A DNA stretch of 64,000 nt, from NCBI GenBank assembly GCA_001643675.2, contig LSRY02000015.1, positions 1,302,001-1,366,000 on the forward strand. Reading direction: 5' to 3'. The notes beneath the pieces were generated by a model. The model was given only the letters and a program-made list of their open reading frames with translations, had not been told where the DNA came from and ran no database searches. Numbering within the stretch: position 1 is the stretch's first letter; every line of letters starts with the position of its first letter. Positions 49,493-58,876 of the stretch are shown here, piece after piece. Both the position numbers and the translations under genes were made by a program. Source of the DNA: Monocercomonoides exilis PA203. Its lineage: Eukaryota; Protista; Preaxostyla.

Positions 49493-52400
49493 ATGAAAGC
49501 TATCCATATTATTTCTGCATATTTTCTTCTTATAACTCTCGATTGCATTTGCGAAGGAACTAAGCTATCCGCTGTTACTGAAACACAAACTTTGATATTT
49601 GATGTTTATAATTCAACCTTAAGGTTACAAAAGCTATCCTTTTTGACAGTGAAAAATGAAAGCATAGCATTCTTCAAAAAAAATTTATTTTCTGAACTTG
49701 TAAGTTGCATATTCATTCCTTCTTCATTGGGTATTAACAGTCCATTTTTTACTTTTGATGGAACCTCACATTTTTACAATTTTACAATCTTAACAACGCA
49801 AACTCAAACTGTTTACACGCCTATTATAAGTGAACATTGCTTAAATTCTAAAGCAAGGTTTTTTACAGGAAGTACAGTGTCGTTTTTTGATTCGAATTTT
49901 TCTTCGTTAACAATTGCATCTCCATGCTCCTTGCTTTCTTGTTATGAAGTTAATTCGATCTATATATTACACTGTGAATTTAGTAATATTAGTTCTTCTT
50001 CGAATCATTATGCAAATGAAAATTCTTCTTGCAATATTTCAATGAGCAGTTGCATTTTTTCTGCTGTTGAAAATCCATTTTATCACACAATTATTGATTC
50101 ACGATTTTCGGAACAATTAAGCGCTTCAAATTCATCTTTCGAACGATGTGCTATACGATATCAAAACCGCACGTACTTGACAGGAGGAACTAAATCATTT
50201 CTTGATATCACCTTTACATTTAACGGAGGCTATACCCAAGGAGGGGCTATCTGTGCAAAAGGCAGTTCTGATGTTGCAATTAATAATTGCTTGTTTGATA
50301 AATGTAAGGTTACCGGAAATGAAAATAATACTGGAAGAGGTGGAGCTTTATTTTGCGAAAATGGAAAATGTGTTGTTTCTGACTCAATTTTTACAAATTG
50401 CACAGGGAGCTATGCAGATGGAGCTGTTTCTTTTTGGTTTGGAACGAAGCGCGTTCTCCATAAATGCCGAATTGTTGATTGTAGCGGTCCACAGCACTTT
50501 GGAGGAATGAATTTCGAACAAGCCCCTGAAAATGAATCTCAAATATCTGAATGCGAATATTCGAAATGCTGGTGTAGCATCGATGGCGATTCTTGTAGAG
50601 GATGTGGAGGCGCCTTGGGAATAGTTAATCCACCTCCACATCTTTTCATTACTAGCATAAAATTCCAAAACAACAGGGCTGTGAGACATGGAGGCGCAAT
50701 CATGTGCTTTTTGGCTTTATCAGGTTCTTCATTTCGATGTCGTTTCCTTTTTTTCAGTAACAATTCAGGGCGGAGTCAAGGAGGAAGTGATATTTACACA
50801 GATCATAATTTTGCTGGAAAGTTGGATTCTACTCAATTTGAAACATGCTATTCGTTTTCTGCGGCACCTCGCTTTGTCTACTGCAACAGCGATGGAAGTT
50901 ATCCAGATGCTGCTAACAAGCCAGATTGGCTGCCGACTCCGAGTTTTCCAAACATTTACGTGAAAAATGGAGGACATGATACAAATGATTGCGGTAATTC
51001 CACAGGCAACAAGGAGTGTCTCACATTAAAATTTTCAATAACACGCTGGACTCCAATATTTAACCAGAAGATTATTGTGAATGGAGGAACTTACACTGAA
51101 ACCTCACTGGACATCTCAGACAGAGTGATAGTGGCAGACTCCCAAACGTCAATTCCAAAGATTGTCTCAAAAATTAGCTCAGGAACATTTTGCACGATCA
51201 CAAACGGATCATTTTCCGCTTCGAATTTAATTTTTGTGCATAACTCGTCAACTTCTTCAAATGCGATAATGTTTTCGATAAGCGAAGAAGATGGAGTACT
51301 GAAGCTGATCAAGAGCAAAGTGACGGCCGAAAGCGGACAAGGCACTTCCTTTTCTAAGTCTCTTTTTGTGATTAACGATGGACATTTAATCCTCGACCAG
51401 ACAACTATCACGGCAATAAAAGCTTCGAAGCCTGTTTTATCTCTTATTTTTCCGAGGGAATTTACTACAACGCAGTCAGTGTTTTCTCAAATCAGCCGAA
51501 CAAATGGAAATGGAAGTGTATTGGAAGCAACACTGGAGGCAGGACAAATATTACATTTAGCAAATTTTTCTCTTTCTGAATGCAGCTGCAGTGAAGGAAA
51601 TGGAGGAGGAATGTGGGTTTATATGAAAGCTGGCTCATCTTTCAGACTGGGAAATGCTACTGGCGCATCTGTTTCTGGCAGAGAGGCCAACGCGAATGAG
51701 ATCATGGGCTTCACATCGTGTGCAGCACACGGCGGATCGGAGCCGAAATATGGATGTGGAGGAGGAGTGTTTCTGTATCTGGAGAATGGAGCGACAGACT
51801 TTATATTCAAAGATGTGTCGTTCAGTTCATGCACTGCAGAAAGTGGGAAGAATATATTTGTGAGCGCTAATAGCCTTTCCACAGTTATAACCAATACAAC
51901 TATTGCCTTCGGGCCTGACCTTTCCAGCAATGATGGGCTTCGTGGATATGAAAGATTATCATTAGGAGCTACATTCGCCATTCCTTTACTGATTTACCTA
52001 AAGCCATTTGCAAGTCCTGCTTGTGTTGGTGGCTCATTCAAAGCAGATATCAATCGGTGTGGATTTCCTTCGTTCCCATGCTCAACAATTAACTTTGCAG
52101 TAACTACGCACTTTTATGCAACCAAGGTGGAGATCTTGCTTGTTTCTCCATTCAGTTTCAATGCAGAACTGAAAATGGAAACGAATGAATGGGACATTTC
52201 AACAACAGCACAGGGAACAAAATTTGAAGTCAGTTTAGCTTCACCAACGGCACAAGCAGGATTTATTGAATCATCCATTTTATCGACAATAACCAACATC
52301 ACATTTTCTGTTCCTCAGACGCTCACAAACAAAGATGCGCTTTTGCTTTGTTCTTCAGATACTTTGAAAGTTATTAACTGCGGATTAACAGCAGCTACAA

Positions 52401-55400
52401 GTGTATCCTCGATTCAATTTTCATTTGTCAAAGTTGCATCAGGCAGTTTACTCCTCAAGAATTTTGATGCTTCATCTTTATCTTTCACCGCTGTTTCTTT
52501 CATTTCTGTATCTTCTGGGTCTCAGGCTTCTGTGAATGCAGAACTCTCCTCATTCGAAGACATCACTTTGAGCAATGGTTGCATCTTGTCTGCAGAAGAG
52601 GTGTTGAGACTGCAGATTACTTCAAGCAATTTCTCCAAAATAACACGCTCGCAAGGCGATAGTGGTTGTGTTGCTGTGAAAAGCATTACTGGAGTTGCAA
52701 ATTCCAAAGCAATGATAAACAACTGTGAGTTTGAAGACATCAACCTTTCAGAAAACCGGAAGAACGGAGGGTCTGTTTACCTGCAGCTCAGCACGCCCAC
52801 ACTTTTTGAAGTTAATAACGCGTGCTTCACTTCGAGCAAAGTGCGGTGGGAAAGTCCAAGCGGAGAAGGCAGAGGAGGAGCGGTATATTTATCACTTGTC
52901 GACTCAGCTGCCGACTATACGTTCTATTCGAATGTTACGTTTGCTTCAAATAAGGCAAAGTATGGTCCTGATTTGTTTGTTTATTCGACAAATTTGAATG
53001 AAAGTGTTAAAATCGAAAAATTGAACTTTTTCAATCCTATTAATGACGCGTCGCTTTTGGCAGGCGAAGACAGCTCCAAAAACGGAAATGTTGTTCTTCT
53101 GAAATACTATCTGATTCCCAGAGAATTTGTGATTTCTGTCTCTTCTGCAAATGGGGTGGACGTGGCAGTATGTGGATTTGCTGCATATCCGTGTGGCGGT
53201 TTGAGCTATGCATTTGCATTGGGTACAGGCGATGTTACCTTGTCTGTTATTCAATCGTCTAAGATCTCCCAAGAGCTTTCTTTGTCCGGGCGTTCGTACA
53301 CAATCAATGGAGACACTGCTAGAACCTCAGCATTGGACATCGTGAACAACGGAACAGGAACGGGATCCTTTGTAACTTGTGCTTCGGCTGTACTGTTTTC
53401 TCACATTGAATACATAATTCCACCACAACTGGGGTCGCATGCCTCGCTGTTTGGAGTGGGAGGCGGCACATTGACGCTTTCGTCGTGTGCAATCACAAAA
53501 TCAAGCGCAGATAACTTGCAATACACGTTGTTCAATGTAATTCAGGGAGACTTAATCATCAATGAACTTCATACAACTTCTTTGACATGTACGAAGCCAA
53601 TGCTCGTTGTGAATGGGACAAATTCTGCTGCTGCCATCACTGATTGTTCATTCACCTCTGCGTCTGTCACAACTGCTGCTGATGCTCTTTTTGTAATCTG
53701 CAACGAAGCCAGTCTTTCATTGACAAGCTCTGATATTACAAATACCGCTCAGTCAAAGCCAATAATCTCTTCAGCAGCGAATTGCGGATTGAATATGGAC
53801 AGGTGCAAAGTTTCTTCTCTGCAACTAACTGGAAATTCAGCGTTTCATCTGACAAAGCCCAAAGAGTTTTCTATCATAAACAGTAATTTCACAACAGTAA
53901 GTGCATCAACTGCAGATGGAAGCTGTATTTCAATTTCTGACGATTCAGATACAAGCATTGGAACAGTTACTATTTCTATGTGCAATTTTACTGATTGCAA
54001 AGTTACAGGCAATGGAAATGGAGGAGCAATCGCATCCAGTTTGAAAAGTGGGCTGAATTGGAATGTTTCTGGTTGCATATTTGACAACTGCCATGCTCCA
54101 AGTGGAATATCAGATGAAGTGAAAGGAGGAGCAGTATTTATCACACTTTCTGTTGCTTCATCTAATTTCGTAATTGAAACGCCTTCTTTCGGAACAAACT
54201 CTGCAAAATTGGGTTTGAATCTCTTTGTGATATCACCTTCTTTAAGGGACAGCGTCAAAGAAACTACTCTTCCGTTCTTAAAACCAGCCACTGAATCAAC
54301 CAATCGAAATTCAGATAGAATTTATCGAGCTCAATTCAGTTTTTCAACAGCAACAGCAGAAGCTGCCTCTTTTGATTCGGCTTGCGGATATGATTCTGCA
54401 GATCAGATGCATTCAATCCCACTTGTTCTATTTTTCCGTCCACCTCCCACAGCTTTCTCTGTTAATGGAACAGGAATTGACAATTCTATATGCGGATACA
54501 GTGATTATCAGTGCAAAACAATCAACTTTGCATGCGATAGACAAACTACACTTGTAAAAGAAGTGAAAATTGATTCAAATGCAATGAGCTTTTCTGAGGA
54601 GCTTGTGTTATCAGACGCAAAATATAACATTTATGGACTTGATGCGAACACCACACTGACTGTTGCTTCTGCTGGTACTGGAACAGATGGGCTGGTTACG
54701 TCGAGCGCCGAAGCTACGTTGTCGCATCTCATATTTATGCTTCCTTCTCTTCTTGGAACGCACACATCGTTCATTTCTGTTACTTCTCCAGCAGATCCGT
54801 CTTCTGCCACCGGAATTGAATATAGCTTCAAAATGTCGTCGATTGCTTTTGCCATTCATACAGCAGCGAATTTGAACTACAACATCATCAAAGCAACATA
54901 CGGCCATCTTAAAATGAGGGATTGTGATGTCACTGTGCCTGAATACAAGAAATCCCTTTTTGTGTTTTCATCTTCGGTTTCATCTGTTTCTGTTGAAGCA
55001 ACAAACTTCAAAGGCTTTTCTGGGACAAGTGAGCCTGCATTTACATGTCTTGAACCGCCATCTCCAAGCAATGTATACACTACGATTACTCTGAATAACT
55101 CCATGTTCAAAGAATTAAGTCAAGCCATTGATCATCCAGCTTCAATTGTGAAAGACACATTCGCTGCATGGAACACGATAATCACAAACGCTTCTTTTTT
55201 GTTGTGCGTGGCAGGCGCATCTTTACGTGGAGGAGGGTTAAGAATGTGCTTGTCGATGGAAGGTTCTCTCGAAGTATCAAATAGCATGTTTGTTTACTGC
55301 ATAGCATCAAGTGAAGGGCGAGGAGGAGGGTTGTATCTAGACTGTGTGGATCCAGCTGATCCGTTGCCAAACCCAATTCCAAAACTTCCATTCAGGATGA

Positions 55401-58204
55401 ATTCGATCCGATTTAATAACAACGATGCGAAAGTGGGGAAAGATGTGTTTATCAACTGCCACAACATTTCAGAGCAAATCGATGAAACGATATTTGACTT
55501 AGATTATGAAGAACTTTCAATTCAGGCTGATGATTCATTTAATGCAGAAGACACATTTGAAAAAGACAAAAATTTCATTCCATTGATCAACCTGTACAAA
55601 AACAAGTTCATATTTTTATCTGCTGTCGATAGCGATGATTCGATGAAGCAATGCGGAAGTGAAATTCTTCCATGCAAAAGCATCAACGTTGGAATCATTC
55701 ATTTGAGCAGTGGATTTGTCAGAGTGGTGTTCATAAAAGATGCAACTTCAATTGCTAATGAAACAAAAATCAAAGACGCGACTGTAAAGCCATATGCGAT
55801 CAATCAAGCGGTGATTGAGCTCAATGCAAGCATTGATAAGATAACTCCCGATGCGTCTATTTTGACGCTGGTTAACGAAGTTGTCATGAATAATTTAGAT
55901 TTTTGTTTTTCAGATTCATTTTCGTCTCAGCACAAAGCTGTGCTGTATCTTCAAAGCGGTTCCCTTGATGCAAAGGATATTTCGTTCTCTTCTATGGCAG
56001 AGCTGAGCATTACTCCTTCATTGTTTTATGTTGCTGCAGGAGATTTAAAGCTGGCTAATTGTACAATTACTTCAGTGAATTGTATTTTACCAATGTTTTA
56101 TTTTTCTTCAACAGCTGATGGTGTTGAATTCTCGTTTCTCAAATGTTATAATTCTTGTCTTTCTTCTTCAATGATTGAGATTGATAACGGCCAATCACGC
56201 ACGCAAAATATTTCATTGGAGAAAATGGAGTTGAAAAACATTTCTTTGAGCTCAAGGGAAGCAATTGGCATTTCTTGCGATTCTTCCTCAAGCAAAGCCA
56301 GCATTACTATTTCTTCTGCTGTTTTTGAATCGATATCTCGGACAGAAGAAGGTCCATCAGCAATCAAGGCTGAGTTATGTAGCATTGAAACGGTGATTGC
56401 TGTTGTGAATTGCACATTCACAAATTGTGAGGCATCTTCTAATCAAGGGAGCATTGCATCATTTGATGCAGTTAGAGCAATAAATGTGAATGACTGCAGT
56501 TTCTGTGGAGAGAACAGCAATGCTCAAGCGTCTGCTTTGAATGAAGATGCCAACAGCAAAGAGATGTGTAAATGGAATGGTTCTTTGGTTCATTTGTCAT
56601 CTGCTGGAATTCTCATGGAAGATTCAGTTGTTTCCAATTCATTAGCAGGAGGATGTTCTTTAGAAAATACGACAGCTGCTCTTATTAAATGTGAATTCAG
56701 AGATAACAATCCAAAGATATCAAACTTTTCTTCTGTTAGGAGGAACATTCGCTGCTCAAATGGCAGTTCATTGAACATCGCGTCTGTTGGAAGTGGTGGA
56801 GATGGACTACTACCAAATTCCTCGTTTTGGATTGTTGCTGATGAATGCCAGCTGAGTGGAGTAGTCACAGAATGGGCATCTCCTCTTTTTGTACCAACTC
56901 TCAACGAAGTTGAACTCGAGTATTCTGATTCTAGTTTGCGTCTTCTGTTCAAAGGGACATTGCTTCTTCCTTGCAACTTGTCATTTAAGATTGCGCAGTC
57001 ACTAGATAATCAACAAGACGAAATTGCAATAGAATACGATTTTATCGAGTTTATCAATGAAAACGAAGCTGCTGGATTGATTCCATCATCAAGTGTTACA
57101 ACTGCCACAACTGATTGCATTTTTACAGCGACAGTTTTGTTTGTGGGAAATTCCGGTCAGAAAAGAGAAACATCATCAGTTGTTCTGATAAATGCATCAG
57201 ATGAGACGAAACAAGCTGAAGGAAAAGTACAATCAAAAGACTTTGATTGGAAAATTGTGGTTATTATTGTGATTTCAGTGCTTCTGGTTGCTTTGGCATT
57301 AGCTTTTGTAGTGGTTCTGTTGAGAAAAAGGAAGAATGAGCAAGAGAAGCGATGGACAGTTGAGTGTGGGGAGGCAACAGGAAATGGAGAAGCTATGGAG
57401 AAAGAATACAAAACACTCGAAATGCCAGAAAGCGAAATGATTTCTGAAGGAGAACTCGAAAGTAACTCAAACAAGGTGGCTGAGAAAGGCAATGAAAGTG
57501 AACAGGGCAGAAGATGGAGTGAAGAGGAAGAGCTTCAAGAGAGCAGAAGCGAGGCAATGCTCATCAACACAAAGGAGGATGGATGCTGGACAAGTAATTT
57601 ATGTGCCAACTTGCTGAACAGCAGCAGCTCATCGTCTTTTGATCTGCTAACTTTTGATGTTGATGTAAATATGGCTGTTGATGGGAATGTGTATTCAATA
57701 GATCAGTCTCAATTCGCATCGCCAACTAAAAACGTGTCAAATGTTAAATTTTCTACAGATATTTTCTCTGCTTCAATTGTGCAGCCAGAAGGATTCGAGT
57801 CCAAAAGTGACAATGCTGATAAAAGAAAGCACTACAAAGAAATTGATGCTGAAGAAGGTAAAGAAAGAGAAGGAGGAGAAAGAGAAGTTTCAAAAGATGG
57901 AGAAGAAAATGATAACAATTCGAGTAAAAGAAAGAAGAAGAGATCAAAAAAGAAGAAAACGAAAAACAACAAGCTCAACGAAATTATTGAAAGTATCAAC
58001 TTATCTGAAGAGCAAAAAAATGTCAGTAAAAATGAGGAAGTGGATGTTCATAATGATATCTTGAATGAATGTGATTGGATTGCAAATGTTCTTCAGATGG
58101 AAGAAGAAGCAACATATGTGAATGAGATTGGTTCTGAAGAAAAGAAGAGGAAAAAGAGGAAGAAAAAGAAGAAGAAAAACGACGCTTTGGAGGAAGCTAA
58201 GTGA
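49493..58204 (+). CDS. 2903-aa intronless type I membrane surface protein with right-handed beta-helix (pectin-lyase/Pmp-like GGA[I/L]) repeats
   Basis: Signal peptide MKAIHIISAYFLLITLDCICEG. Many GGAI/GGAL/GGGL motifs followed by F-x-x-N/C. Repeated CG-x4-(P)C-x-(T/S)I modules. TM IVVIIVISVLLVALALAFVVVLL followed by RKRK and a charged tail. Confidence 0.9.
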   Translation: MKAIHIISAYFLLITLDCICEGTKLSAVTETQTLIFDVYNSTLRLQKLSFLTVKNESIAFFKKNLFSELVSCIFIPSSLGINSPFFTFDGTSHFYNFTILTTQTQTVYTPIISEHCLNSKARFFTGSTVSFFDSNFSSLTIASPCSLLSCYEVNSIYILHCEFSNISSSSNHYANENSSCNISMSSCIFSAVENPFYHTIIDSRFSEQLSASNSSFERCAIRYQNRTYLTGGTKSFLDITFTFNGGYTQGGAICAKGSSDVAINNCLFDKCKVTGNENNTGRGGALFCENGKCVVSDSIFTNCTGSYADGAVSFWFGTKRVLHKCRIVDCSGPQHFGGMNFEQAPENESQISECEYSKCWCSIDGDSCRGCGGALGIVNPPPHLFITSIKFQNNRAVRHGGAIMCFLALSGSSFRCRFLFFSNNSGRSQGGSDIYTDHNFAGKLDSTQFETCYSFSAAPRFVYCNSDGSYPDAANKPDWLPTPSFPNIYVKNGGHDTNDCGNSTGNKECLTLKFSITRWTPIFNQKIIVNGGTYTETSLDISDRVIVADSQTSIPKIVSKISSGTFCTITNGSFSASNLIFVHNSSTSSNAIMFSISEEDGVLKLIKSKVTAESGQGTSFSKSLFVINDGHLILDQTTITAIKASKPVLSLIFPREFTTTQSVFSQISRTNGNGSVLEATLEAGQILHLANFSLSECSCSEGNGGGMWVYMKAGSSFRLGNATGASVSGREANANEIMGFTSCAAHGGSEPKYGCGGGVFLYLENGATDFIFKDVSFSSCTAESGKNIFVSANSLSTVITNTTIAFGPDLSSNDGLRGYERLSLGATFAIPLLIYLKPFASPACVGGSFKADINRCGFPSFPCSTINFAVTTHFYATKVEILLVSPFSFNAELKMETNEWDISTTAQGTKFEVSLASPTAQAGFIESSILSTITNITFSVPQTLTNKDALLLCSSDTLKVINCGLTAATSVSSIQFSFVKVASGSLLLKNFDASSLSFTAVSFISVSSGSQASVNAELSSFEDITLSNGCILSAEEVLRLQITSSNFSKITRSQGDSGCVAVKSITGVANSKAMINNCEFEDINLSENRKNGGSVYLQLSTPTLFEVNNACFTSSKVRWESPSGEGRGGAVYLSLVDSAADYTFYSNVTFASNKAKYGPDLFVYSTNLNESVKIEKLNFFNPINDASLLAGEDSSKNGNVVLLKYYLIPREFVISVSSANGVDVAVCGFAAYPCGGLSYAFALGTGDVTLSVIQSSKISQELSLSGRSYTINGDTARTSALDIVNNGTGTGSFVTCASAVLFSHIEYIIPPQLGSHASLFGVGGGTLTLSSCAITKSSADNLQYTLFNVIQGDLIINELHTTSLTCTKPMLVVNGTNSAAAITDCSFTSASVTTAADALFVICNEASLSLTSSDITNTAQSKPIISSAANCGLNMDRCKVSSLQLTGNSAFHLTKPKEFSIINSNFTTVSASTADGSCISISDDSDTSIGTVTISMCNFTDCKVTGNGNGGAIASSLKSGLNWNVSGCIFDNCHAPSGISDEVKGGAVFITLSVASSNFVIETPSFGTNSAKLGLNLFVISPSLRDSVKETTLPFLKPATESTNRNSDRIYRAQFSFSTATAEAASFDSACGYDSADQMHSIPLVLFFRPPPTAFSVNGTGIDNSICGYSDYQCKTINFACDRQTTLVKEVKIDSNAMSFSEELVLSDAKYNIYGLDANTTLTVASAGTGTDGLVTSSAEATLSHLIFMLPSLLGTHTSFISVTSPADPSSATGIEYSFKMSSIAFAIHTAANLNYNIIKATYGHLKMRDCDVTVPEYKKSLFVFSSSVSSVSVEATNFKGFSGTSEPAFTCLEPPSPSNVYTTITLNNSMFKELSQAIDHPASIVKDTFAAWNTIITNASFLLCVAGASLRGGGLRMCLSMEGSLEVSNSMFVYCIASSEGRGGGLYLDCVDPADPLPNPIPKLPFRMNSIRFNNNDAKVGKDVFINCHNISEQIDETIFDLDYEELSIQADDSFNAEDTFEKDKNFIPLINLYKNKFIFLSAVDSDDSMKQCGSEILPCKSINVGIIHLSSGFVRVVFIKDATSIANETKIKDATVKPYAINQAVIELNASIDKITPDASILTLVNEVVMNNLDFCFSDSFSSQHKAVLYLQSGSLDAKDISFSSMAELSITPSLFYVAAGDLKLANCTITSVNCILPMFYFSSTADGVEFSFLKCYNSCLSSSMIEIDNGQSRTQNISLEKMELKNISLSSREAIGISCDSSSSKASITISSAVFESISRTEEGPSAIKAELCSIETVIAVVNCTFTNCEASSNQGSIASFDAVRAINVNDCSFCGENSNAQASALNEDANSKEMCKWNGSLVHLSSAGILMEDSVVSNSLAGGCSLENTTAALIKCEFRDNNPKISNFSSVRRNIRCSNGSSLNIASVGSGGDGLLPNSSFWIVADECQLSGVVTEWASPLFVPTLNEVELEYSDSSLRLLFKGTLLLPCNLSFKIAQSLDNQQDEIAIEYDFIEFINENEAAGLIPSSSVTTATTDCIFTATVLFVGNSGQKRETSSVVLINASDETKQAEGKVQSKDFDWKIVVIIVISVLLVALALAFVVVLLRKRKNEQEKRWTVECGEATGNGEAMEKEYKTLEMPESEMISEGELESNSNKVAEKGNESEQGRRWSEEEELQESRSEAMLINTKEDGCWTSNLCANLLNSSSSSSFDLLTFDVDVNMAVDGNVYSIDQSQFASPTKNVSNVKFSTDIFSASIVQPEGFESKSDNADKRKHYKEIDAEEGKEREGGEREVSKDGEENDNNSSKRKKKRSKKKKTKNNKLNEIIESINLSEEQKNVSKNEEVDVHNDILNECDWIANVLQMEEEATYVNEIGSEEKKRKKRKKKKKKNDALEEAK

Positions 58205-58876
58205 ACCTGGTTGAAAAATCAAAGACCATTTATTTGCATTAAAGATTGTATTTTTTTTGTAAGTTATTTTTGCGAAAATGTTATGTTATATTTGTCCCTC
58301 ATTTTTTTTTATAAAAGACAATATTGTTAACCAAAATCGGTTTTAAGTTTTATTCTTTAATTTGCAATTTATAAAATTCACTTGTAACTTTCTTGAAAGT
58401 CTTGCTTTTCAGCTTTTCAGATTTTTTTTTGTGACTGTTTGATATGATGTTATTGCTTTGGATGTTCTATTTTTTGGATATGTATATTTTTATTGTGAAA
58501 CTGCACTATCACCATTTTTGAAGCAAACATTTTTAGTAAAGTTTTCTTTTTCTTTTCTAATTTTTTCTTTTTTGTCAGATAAGAGTTTTATAATTACATT
58601 TCGAATAACCTGATAGAAACAGCGAATGATAATTTGCTATTATGAATAAATTAATTTTTTCTATGAATGTGTGTATCATAAAGACTTTTTCAGTTTTTTT
58701 CAAAATAATGAAAATTTCTTCATTGAAAAAATATGTGAAAGATGAGTCAAACATTTCACAAATACGAATAGACAATTTCATCTTTTGTTAACAAGTTTTA
58801 GGATTAGAAAAACAAATTCTTATTGGGTTTTCATAAAAAAGAAAATAATTAATTATACAATAGATCACTTTTTTAA

